Source: Pseudomonadota bacterium | GTDB lineage: Bacteria; Pseudomonadota; Gammaproteobacteria; Burkholderiales; Burkholderiaceae_C | NCBI GenBank assembly: GCA_020161775.1 | Contig: JAIUOW010000005.1 | Location: forward strand, 80,209 to 144,208 | Length of the DNA stretch: 64,000 nucleotides | Direction of reading: 5' to 3' | Part shown: in pieces, positions 9,092 to 16,932 of the stretch | Layout: each line of letters starts with the position of its first letter | Position numbering within the stretch: position 1 is the first letter of the stretch | Position numbers and translations under genes: made by a program | The notes under the pieces: model-generated | What the model saw: the letters and a program-made list of their open reading frames with translations, nothing else | Database searches by the model: none | What the model was told of the DNA's origin: nothing

Positions 9092-10324
9092 TCAGGGGCG
9101 CTTCATCTGGCAGCTGGTGGGCGTGCTGGACACGTAGTTGGGGTATTCCTTCAGCGGCACCAGCGTCATGCCGGTGTTCTCGGGGCTGTAGGGGTACTTC
9201 TTGTCGGCCTTCTGCCAGACCGTCACGTACAGCGGCTGCTGCAGCTGGTGGTCGGCCTTGCGGATTTCCACTTCGCCGTTGAAGCTCTTGACCTTGATGC
9301 CTTCCAGGGCCGCCGCCACCTTGACCGGGTCGGTGGACTTGGCCTGGGCCATGGCAGCGCCCAGCGTCTCGAAGATGCGGATGGTGGAGCCGGTGTAGAA
9401 GTCGTCCTTGTACTTGGTCTTGAACTCGTTCATCCACTTGTCCATCTGGCCGCCCATGTTGTAGTGGTTGTACGCCACCTGGTACACGCGGCCTGCGGCG
9501 GCCGTGCCCAGCGCCGTGGGCGTGCCGGTCACGCCGGCGTAGTACGTGAAGAACTTGCCGTTGTAGCCGCCTTCGTTGGCGGCCTTTACCAGCAGCGACA
9601 GGTCGGAGCCCCAGTTGCCGGTCACGACCGTGTCGGCGCCCGATGCCTTGATCTTGGCGATGTAGGGCGCGAAGTCGCGCACCTGGGCCAGCGGGTGCAG
9701 GTCTTCGCCCACGATCTTGATGTCGGGGCGCTTGCGGGCCAGCGTTTCCTTGGTGTACTTGGCGACCTGGACGCCGTGCGAGTAGTTCTGGCCCAGGATG
9801 TAGACGTTCTTGATGTCCTTTTGCTCGGCCATGAAGCTGGACATGGCTTCCATCTTCATGGAGGTGTCGGCGTCAAAGCGGAAGTGCCAGTAGCTGCACT
9901 TGCTGTTTGTCAGGTCCGGGTCCACGGCGGAGTCGTTCAGGTACAGCACTTCCTTGCCGGGGTTGCGCTCGTTGTGCTTGTTGATGGCGTCCACCAGCGC
10001 CAGCGCCACGGACGAGCCGTTGCCCTGCACGATGTAGCGCGCGCCCTGGTCGATGGCGGCCTTCAGTGCGTTCAGGCTTTCGGCGGGGCTCAGCTTGTTG
10101 TCAATGAAAGTGATGTCGAACTTCACGCCGGCCGGGTTGCCCGCGCCGCTGAATTTCTCGGCGAAGAACTGGTAGCCCTTCATCTGGCTCACGCCCACCG
10201 GGCCCAGCAGGCCGGTCAGCGGGTCGATGCGGACCATCTTGACGGTCTCGCCCTTCTGGGCAAATGCGGCGCCTGCGGCCAGCAGGATGGCGGACGCGGC
10301 GACGGCTTTGACGGCAAATTTCAT
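9092..10324 (-). CDS. ABC transporter periplasmic substrate-binding protein (Leu/Ile/Val-binding protein family)
   Basis: Start MKFAVKAVAASAILLAAGAAFAQ (signal peptide) with GGAGA upstream; the ORF track starts 4 codons earlier. Type I periplasmic-binding fold is inferred from its position at the head of the liv-type operon. Confidence 0.8.
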   Translation of the reverse strand: MKFAVKAVAASAILLAAGAAFAQKGETVKMVRIDPLTGLLGPVGVSQMKGYQFFAEKFSGAGNPAGVKFDITFIDNKLSPAESLNALKAAIDQGARYIVQGNGSSVALALVDAINKHNERNPGKEVLYLNDSAVDPDLTNSKCSYWHFRFDADTSMKMEAMSSFMAEQKDIKNVYILGQNYSHGVQVAKYTKETLARKRPDIKIVGEDLHPLAQVRDFAPYIAKIKASGADTVVTGNWGSDLSLLVKAANEGGYNGKFFTYYAGVTGTPTALGTAAAGRVYQVAYNHYNMGGQMDKWMNEFKTKYKDDFYTGSTIRIFETLGAAMAQAKSTDPVKVAAALEGIKVKSFNGEVEIRKADHQLQQPLYVTVWQKADKKYPYSPENTGMTLVPLKEYPNYVSSTPTSCQMKRP

Positions 10325-10493
10325 TGGTGTCTCCATGGTTGACTGACAGAGCGCAGGGTAAAGGTTTTTGTGCAGTGCAGCGCTCAGGGATTGCCCCTAA
10401 ACACAGGCGTTTCTATCGCCCATGTGACAGGGGCCAAAGTGGTGCGGGGGATGCGCGGGTGGTGTGTGGCTGGTGGTGTTCTGCAGTGCAGCT

Positions 10494-12125
10494 TCAAAGC
10501 CCGGGCAGCTTGTAGTCCTTGAGCATTTCACGCAGGCGGGTCTTCAGCATCTTTCCGGTCGCACCCAGCGGGATCGCCTCCACGAAGACCACATCGTCGG
10601 GCACCTGCCACTTGGCCACGGCCTTGCCCTTGTAGAACTCCAGCAGTTCTTCCCTGGTGACTTCGGCTCCGGGCTTTTTGACCACGGCCACGATGGGCCG
10701 CTCGTCCCACTTGGGGTGCGGCATGCCCACGCAGGCCGCCATGGCCACCGCCGGGTGCGCCACGGCGATGTTCTCGATATCGATGGAGCTGATCCATTCG
10801 CCGCCGGACTTGATCACGTCCTTGCTGCGGTCGGTGATCTGCATGTAGCCGTCGGGGTCGATCGTGGCAACGTCGCCGGTGGGGAACCAGCCGTCTTTCA
10901 GTGGGTCGCCGCCCTCGCCCTTGAAATACTCGCGCACGATCCAGGGGCCCTTGACGTACAGGTCGCCGAAGGCCTTGCCGTCCCACGGCAGCTCGGTGCC
11001 GTCGTCGCCCACGATCTTCATGTCCACGCCATAGATGGCCCGGCCCTGCTTGAGGCGGATCTTCATCTTGTCGGCGTCGGACAGCGAGAGGTGCTTGTTC
11101 TTGAGCGTGCACAGCGTGCCCAGCGGGCTCATCTCGGTCATGCCCCAGGCGTGCAGCACCTCCACGCCGTAATCGTCATTGAAGGCCGTGATCATGGCCG
11201 GCGGGCATGCAGAGCCGCCGATGACCGTGCGCTTGAGGGTCGAGAAGCGCAGGTTGTTGGGCTTCATGTGGCCCAGCAGCATCTGCCACACGGTAGGCAC
11301 CCCAGCGGCGTAGCTGACCTTCTCGGCTTCGATCAGCTCGTACACCGACTTGCCGTCCAGCGCCGGGCCGGGAAACACCAGCTTGGCGCCGGTGAGCGCG
11401 GCCGAATAAGGGATGCCCCAGGCATTGACGTGGAACATCGGCACCACGGGCAAGATGGCGTCGCGCGCCGACAGGCACATCACATCGGGCAGCGCCGCCG
11501 CATAGGCATGCAGGATGGTCGAGCGGTGGCTGTACAGCGCGGCCTTGGGGTTGCCGGTGGTGCCGCTGGTGTAGCACATGCTGGACGCGCAGTTCTCGTC
11601 AAAGCTGGGCCAGGCATAGCCAGTGGGCTGCTGGCCCAGCAAGGCCTCGTAGCTCAGCAGGTTGGGAATGCCGCTGTCGGCGGGCAGCTTGTCCGCGTCG
11701 CACAGCGCCACCCAGTGCTTCACCGTGGTGCATCGCGCATGCACCGCCTGCACGATGGGCAGGAAGCTCATGTCAAAGAACAGCACCTGGTCTTCGGCGT
11801 GGTTGGCAATCCAGACGATCTGGTCGGGGTGCAGGCGCGGGTTGATGGTGTGCAGCACGCGGCCCGAACCACTCACACCAAAGTACAACTCCAGGTGGCG
11901 GTAGCCGTTCCAGGCCAGCGTGGCCACCCGGTCGCCAAAGCCCAGCTTGAGGCTGTCCAGCGTATTGGCAACCTGGCGCGAACGCGCCGCCACGTCACGC
12001 CAGGTGTAGCGGTGAAGATCACCCTCAACGCGGCGCGAGACGATTTCGGCGTCGCCATGATGGCGCTCGGCGAAGTGGATCAGCGACGAAATCAACAGCG
12101 GTTGGCTTTGCATCAAACCCAGCAT
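10494..12125 (-). CDS. AMP-dependent acyl-CoA synthetase (long-chain fatty acid-CoA ligase family)
   Basis: AMP-binding motif [12 protein letters not shown] and motifs GWFPTGD and [16 protein letters not shown]. Likely start [11 protein letters not shown] (ATG 12125), preceded by AAGGAG. Confidence 0.9.
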   Translation of the reverse strand: MLGLMQSQPLLISSLIHFAERHHGDAEIVSRRVEGDLHRYTWRDVAARSRQVANTLDSLKLGFGDRVATLAWNGYRHLELYFGVSGSGRVLHTINPRLHPDQIVWIANHAEDQVLFFDMSFLPIVQAVHARCTTVKHWVALCDADKLPADSGIPNLLSYEALLGQQPTGYAWPSFDENCASSMCYTSGTTGNPKAALYSHRSTILHAYAAALPDVMCLSARDAILPVVPMFHVNAWGIPYSAALTGAKLVFPGPALDGKSVYELIEAEKVSYAAGVPTVWQMLLGHMKPNNLRFSTLKRTVIGGSACPPAMITAFNDDYGVEVLHAWGMTEMSPLGTLCTLKNKHLSLSDADKMKIRLKQGRAIYGVDMKIVGDDGTELPWDGKAFGDLYVKGPWIVREYFKGEGGDPLKDGWFPTGDVATIDPDGYMQITDRSKDVIKSGGEWISSIDIENIAVAHPAVAMAACVGMPHPKWDERPIVAVVKKPGAEVTREELLEFYKGKAVAKWQVPDDVVFVEAIPLGATGKMLKTRLREMLKDYKLPGL

Positions 12126-12362
12126 GGGTACAGCTCCTTGGTGCGAAATGAATGACTGGATAAACGTGAATTGTTCATTCTGCTGCACCGCCAGCGCAAG
12201 CGATGTCGTGTTGTGGACATTTGATCAGCGTTAACCCTAGGGCCAGCGGCTACCGCACACTCGCGCCATGCTGGCCGACATCAGTCCGTTCGGGCGCATC
12301 GGCATCCTGCACGAAGCAGGCCTGACGGCCGTGGCCCACCAGCCGGCGCACGAGGCTGCGGA

Positions 12363-13529
12363 TCAGGATACCAGCGGCTTGAAGTAAAGCGTGACGGTGG
12401 TGCCCTGCCCCAGCTGCGACTGGATCTGGATCGCACCGCCCGCAGCCTGCATCACTCGCTGGCAGAACATCAGGCCCATGCCGTTGCCACCGCTGTCCGC
12501 GCGCGTGGTCACGGGCTCATGGGTCAGGCGCGCCAGCACATCGGGGGGTATGCCGGGGCCGTTGTCGGCAAAGCGCATCCAGGGCCGCCGCACGCCGTCG
12601 GCGTCCGCGGCGTCCTGGCCGACTTCAAGGCACAGGCTTGCGCCGGGCTGGCCGCGCAGCGCCAGCAGTGCGTTCTTGGTCACGGTGCATAGCACCAGGT
12701 ACAGCAGGTCGCGCCGGCCGGGCAGCTGGAAGTCGGCCTCGATCCGGCTGCTGACGCAGGTGTGTTCGTTCTCCTCGAACGGAAACTCGTCCAGCAGCGC
12801 GGCGACCAGCCCGCTGGCGTTGACGGTCTGCGGCAGGGCGCCAGGGTAGGCGTCGCGCGCCGACTGCACAAAGGTGGACACCAGCGACTGGCAGTACAGC
12901 GCGGCGCGCCCTGCCCTTTGCAGCGCGCCCACCAGCTGGCCGGGTCGGTCCTCGCTGAATTGCGCCACGCCCGCCGGGCCGTCAGGGCCGGGCGCCTGGT
13001 AGCGGTCAGCCACCGATCCGACGAAGCCCCGGATGGTGCCCAGCGGCGTGTTGAGCTCATGCGCCAGAAAGCCCAGCGTTTCGCGCAGGGCCGACACGCG
13101 GCCTTCGTTCAGGGCACGCTCAAACGACTGCGCGCGGTGCAGCGCCAGGGCCTCGCGCAGCGCTTCGCGCGTGAGCGTATCGTCCAGCGGCTTTTCCAGG
13201 ATGCGCAGCACCTTGCCCTGGTTGACGGCGGCAATGGCCACGTCTTTTTCGGCGTAGGCCGTGGCCAGCAGCCGGATCAGGTGGCGATGCTCGCGCTGCA
13301 CGGTGCGCAGCAGCTTCATGCCGTCCCGCTCGGGCATGCGGTAATCGGTCATCAGCACGGCAAATTCGTGCTCGCGCTGGCTGAGCAGGGCCAGCGCCTC
13401 GCCGGCGCCGCCGGCGGTGACGATGGTGAACTCGTCACCAAAGGCCCGGGCAAACCATTTGCGCGAGGTGGCTTCGTCGTCCACGAACAGGATGGCGCGG
13501 GGTTCCTGCAGCGATTCGGGTGCGAGCAT
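12363..13529 (-). CDS. response-regulator receiver fused to histidine kinase core (REC-HisKA-HATPase)
   Basis: N-terminal REC (ILFVDDE...LMTDYRMPERDGM), H-box LGFLAHELNTPLGTIRG and G2 box GNGMGLMFCQRVMQ. It starts 36 nt downstream of the hybrid kinase stop, so same operon. Confidence 0.85.
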   Translation of the reverse strand: MLAPESLQEPRAILFVDDEATSRKWFARAFGDEFTIVTAGGAGEALALLSQREHEFAVLMTDYRMPERDGMKLLRTVQREHRHLIRLLATAYAEKDVAIAAVNQGKVLRILEKPLDDTLTREALREALALHRAQSFERALNEGRVSALRETLGFLAHELNTPLGTIRGFVGSVADRYQAPGPDGPAGVAQFSEDRPGQLVGALQRAGRAALYCQSLVSTFVQSARDAYPGALPQTVNASGLVAALLDEFPFEENEHTCVSSRIEADFQLPGRRDLLYLVLCTVTKNALLALRGQPGASLCLEVGQDAADADGVRRPWMRFADNGPGIPPDVLARLTHEPVTTRADSGGNGMGLMFCQRVMQAAGGAIQIQSQLGQGTTVTLYFKPLVS

Positions 13530-13565
13530 GGGATTCAGGGCCGGTCAAGTCTGTGGAAGGTGGCC

Positions 13566-16055
13566 TCAGGCCGCGCGCAGGTGCGACACGCCCAGGGCGT
13601 ACTGGCGAAGCGCGCCTTCGGTGCGCACGGCCAGCGCGCGGATTTCGGCAGGCCAGTCGGCCCCACCGGGCCAGCGATGAGCTTCGAGCATGGGCACATA
13701 GTAGCTGCGCACGCGCTGGTACAAGGCGGCGGCACCCGCCTCGCCGCTCATGCCCAGCAGCGAATGCAAGGCGTCCAGGCCGGCGTCCAGGTCACCCTGG
13801 GCCACGGCTTCATCCAGCCGGTCCACAAGGCGCGCCATCTCCGGCAGGTAGTCGCCCAGCAGCTCGTCGATCATGCCCAGGCGCCGGTAGTTTTCAAGCC
13901 GCCGCGAGTCCAGCAGGTCGTCGATGGTGCCCGCCGGCGCCAGCGTGCCCTGCGCCACCGGCCGCACCGCCCTGCCCGTGAGCCGGCACAACAAGGTGTA
14001 CAGCAGGGACACATCCACCGGCTTGGTGATGAAATCATTCATGCCCGCCTCGCGGGCCGCGTTCACGGTGAACGCGTCGGAGTGCGCCGTCAGCGCGATG
14101 ATGGGCAGGCTGGCCAGCGCCGGGCCACTGGCGCGGATGGCGCGGGCCGTTTCCAGGCCGTCCATGCCGGGCATGTTGATGTCAATGACCAGTGCGTCCC
14201 ATTGGGCGCGCCGGCTGAGGATGTCCAGCACCTCGCCGCCATGGCTGGTCTCCACCACCTCGGCGCCGGCATGGCGCAGATGGGCCGCCACGGCCTTGCG
14301 GTTCCAGGCGCTGTCATCGGCCAGCAGCACAGCGCAGCCCGCCAGCAGCGCGGCACCGGCCGAGACGCCGGGGCGGGACAGCGCGTCGCACAGCGCCTGC
14401 ACCAGCACCCGCTGATCGCTGGGCTTGCTGACAAAACCGTCAATGCCGGCCTTTCGCACCTTGACGCCGGCCAGGTGCGCCGGCTCGCTGGTATGAGCCA
14501 CCAGGGCCACATCGCGGTTGGCGGGCGCGGCGCCCTGGCGTATGGCCGCAGCCAGCGCATAGCCATCCATGCCGGGCATGTTCAGGTCCAGCAGGACCAG
14601 GTCGTAATGCTCGCGCGTCAGCATCTGCATCGCTCGGTAGCCGTCGGCGGTTTCGTCCAGCGTGGCGCCCAGCGGCTGCAGCTTGTGGCGCGTGGTCAGG
14701 CGCAGGGCGGCGTCGTCATCGACCAGCAGGATGCGCCGGCCCTGCAGCACGCCGCGCGCCTGCGCCAGCACGGCGGCATGGCTGGCCTCGGCATCGGCCT
14801 GCGCCACGGCGGGAAAGCCCAGCGTGAACTCGGTGAACTCGCCGGGCACGGACGCGCATTCGATGCTCCCGCCAAAGGCCCGCATCACCCGCTGGCAATA
14901 GGCCAGGCCCAACCCGGTGCCGCCGGACTTGCCCATGGAGCGGAACGGCTCGAACAGGCCAGGCAGCACCTCGGGCGCAATGCCCGGCCCGGTGTCGCGC
15001 ACGCGCACCTGGTGCGGCTGCACGGTGATGGTCAGGCGCACACCGGGGTACTGGGCCCGGTAGTACAGCGCGTTCTTGATCAGGTTGAACAGCACGAACA
15101 GATAGGCGGTCTCGTCGCCACGGAAGCTGAAATCCTCCACCACGTCCACCTGCACGCTGCGCCGGGCATCGTCGTCCTCGTAGCTGTATTCCTGCACCGC
15201 CTTGCGCGTGGCCTCGGCCGCGGACAGGTGCGCAAAGCCGGCGGTGTCCAACGGCTTGGCATTGACCTCGTCCAGCGTCATGGCGATCACCTGCAGGCCG
15301 CGGTTGACCGCGATTTCGCTTTCGGCCAGGTGGCGGTACAGCGCATCGACCTCACGCCCGCCCAGGGTCTGCGGCTGCGCGGCCGCGCCGGGCGCGGGCA
15401 GTGCCTGCTGGATGTTGTGCAGGCTGTGCTTGAGCTGGGACAGCGGGTGGCGCATCTCGTGCGCGATGGAACCCGCCAGCGCCTGCGTGGCACGCAGCTT
15501 GCGCTCGGCGTCAATCTGCTCGGTGGAAAACTTGAACAGGTTACCGCCAATGACGATAAGGATGAACGCGGGCAACTGCGCGACCAGGTCCATGGGGATA
15601 CGGGGGTTGGGCGTGGTGGCCATGTAGATGCCCGCGGCCATGGCGACGCCGGTGAACAGCATCACCAGGGTGTTGCGCCAGTCGGTCAGCAGGACGAGGA
15701 AGCACAGGGTGATGAAGGCGTTGGAAATGGCGGGCACACCGCCGCCACGCTGCAGGGCCACCAGCGTTGTAAAGCATGGCAGGCAGTAGAGGACCGCGAA
15801 GTAGGAATAGGCGATGTAGTGCCGCTTGAACTTCTGGGGCCAGTGGTCCTTGAGTGCAAGAAGCGCCAGCATCAGGATGGCGCTGCCGCGCAGCAGGATG
15901 TCGTCGAACAGCTGGGCGTTGGGCCGCGTGAAGCGGATGAAGTAGAACACCAGCAACGAGACCACGCCCAGGTAGCCCATGTATTTGAGCCGCGGCGGCC
16001 CATAGGCGTGATAGTCGCGGTAGTGGGCGAAAAGCCTGGCCCATGTATTGATCAT
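13566..16055 (-). CDS. hybrid sensor histidine kinase (polytopic membrane sensor - HisKA - HATPase - REC - REC - Hpt), copy 2
   Basis: Hydrophobic N-terminal ~190 aa. Motifs: H-box SIAHEMRHPLSQ, GTGLGLAYCQRV, two REC domains (LLDLNMPGMDG and VIDINMPGMDG) and Hpt HSLLGMSGEAGA. ATGA overlap with the upstream GNAT stop. Confidence 0.9.
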   Translation of the reverse strand: MINTWARLFAHYRDYHAYGPPRLKYMGYLGVVSLLVFYFIRFTRPNAQLFDDILLRGSAILMLALLALKDHWPQKFKRHYIAYSYFAVLYCLPCFTTLVALQRGGGVPAISNAFITLCFLVLLTDWRNTLVMLFTGVAMAAGIYMATTPNPRIPMDLVAQLPAFILIVIGGNLFKFSTEQIDAERKLRATQALAGSIAHEMRHPLSQLKHSLHNIQQALPAPGAAAQPQTLGGREVDALYRHLAESEIAVNRGLQVIAMTLDEVNAKPLDTAGFAHLSAAEATRKAVQEYSYEDDDARRSVQVDVVEDFSFRGDETAYLFVLFNLIKNALYYRAQYPGVRLTITVQPHQVRVRDTGPGIAPEVLPGLFEPFRSMGKSGGTGLGLAYCQRVMRAFGGSIECASVPGEFTEFTLGFPAVAQADAEASHAAVLAQARGVLQGRRILLVDDDAALRLTTRHKLQPLGATLDETADGYRAMQMLTREHYDLVLLDLNMPGMDGYALAAAIRQGAAPANRDVALVAHTSEPAHLAGVKVRKAGIDGFVSKPSDQRVLVQALCDALSRPGVSAGAALLAGCAVLLADDSAWNRKAVAAHLRHAGAEVVETSHGGEVLDILSRRAQWDALVIDINMPGMDGLETARAIRASGPALASLPIIALTAHSDAFTVNAAREAGMNDFITKPVDVSLLYTLLCRLTGRAVRPVAQGTLAPAGTIDDLLDSRRLENYRRLGMIDELLGDYLPEMARLVDRLDEAVAQGDLDAGLDALHSLLGMSGEAGAAALYQRVRSYYVPMLEAHRWPGGADWPAEIRALAVRTEGALRQYALGVSHLRAA

Positions 16056-16710
16056 TGCGTCGTCCTCTCCCTATGACCAGCCGATACCGCTGCCCGCACC
16101 GAGGGCACATTACCATGGATCAGGGAATATGACTCACCCGACTGAAGGCACGCATCTTTGACAAGCACGGAAAACCCGAAGCGCCTGTAAAGACGGCTCA
16201 ATACCGGGGTGCAAGTCGCCAGAAAATTCGCTGAAGGAATCAGTTCAACGAAACGCATGAGCGTCAGGGAAAAGCAGGTTTTCAGGACTTCTGGCTGGGT
16301 GCGGTGCGCGGGTGCCAGAACGAGCCGCCCCACCTCCCAGCCATCGTCATACACCTGGGGTGCCAGTTGCGGCAACCCCTGGAGGATGGTGTCGCAGGGC
16401 GCAAGTCCGCGACCGATCGGGACGAGGCGGATGGTGCCGATGAACTCGCCGTGCAGTTCGAAAGCACCCACAAACCCCACCTCGTCTCTTTTTTTTCGAG
16501 CGCAACGAAAGCCGGGTCCTGCCTGACCGCGTCGGGCAGGCTGAGTTCTTCGCGCAGGTGAAGCACGCCGGCAATTGCCTGCGGCGTGGTCAGGTGGCGA
16601 AAACGTATTTCTTCGGTGCGGGGCTGCGGGTACCGCAGCGGATCGATGGCGTACGCCGCAGCCTGGCCCGAGCCAGGCTGCCACGAAGCCGGCGCGTGAT
16701 GTGTATTCAT
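16052..16710 (-). pseudogene. LuxI/FeeM-like GNAT acyltransferase, copy 2, interrupted by a 1-nt frameshift at an A8 tract (pseudogene, homopolymer sequencing error, or recoded gene)
   Basis: The N-terminal frame (ATG 16710 after AAGGGAG) reads MNTHHAPASW...AFVALEKK. The C-terminal frame reads RDEVGFVGAFELHGEFIGTIRLVP...GWEVGRLVLAPAHR...SRLYRRFGF, ending at 16052. The frames switch at T8 16489-16496. A9 would give a 219-aa protein colinear with the 222-aa copy 1. Confidence 0.8.
16489..16496 (-). repeat. A8 homopolymer (A_AAA_AAA slippery heptamer in the upstream frame) at the frameshift site
   Basis: Direct reading of ctcgtctcTTTTTTTTcgagcgc on the plus strand. Confidence 0.95.
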
Positions 16711-16777
16711 GCAGACACTCCCTTGATTGATGCCTTGAAAAAGCAATGCGCCGAAACGCATCAGGTTGTAAATCTAG

Positions 16778-16794
16778 CTGTTTGTGCACAACAG
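16778..16794. promoter_or_regulatory. lux-box-like palindrome CTGT-T-TGTGCACA-ACAG (CTG-N11-CAG) upstream of GNAT copy 2
   Basis: An 8-bp perfect palindrome TGTGCACA is flanked by CTGT/ACAG arms offset by one T. It is centred about 76 nt upstream of ATG 16710, in the AT-rich divergent intergenic region shared with cdiB. Confidence 0.3.
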
Positions 16795-16932
16795 GTCTTG
16801 GGAATTTTTCTTAACCCGATATTGATTCTTTTGATTTACTAAATTAGTATTCATAACCAACAATACAGCATCAACCGCTTTCGCACCGCAGCCAGTTGCC
16901 GGGGGCCAAAGCATCGCGCCAGGGGGTTATCC

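Noticed and set aside
10464-12155. 563-aa plus-strand ORF covering the acyl-CoA synthetase locus
   Set aside because: It is a mirror ORF of a gene with unmistakable AMP-binding motifs on the minus strand, and its composition is low-complexity.
12268-12387. 39-codon plus-strand ORF (MLADISPFGRIGILHEAGL...) in the gap between the acyl-CoA synthetase and the REC-kinase
   Set aside because: It is too short, has no SD, and overlaps the 3' end of the REC-kinase gene. There is no support beyond being open.
12762-16076. 1104-aa plus-strand ORF spanning the REC-kinase and hybrid kinase 2
   Set aside because: It is antisense to two genes with complete HisKA/HATPase/REC/Hpt motif sets. The product is Arg/Ala/Gly/Gln-rich with no domain signature.
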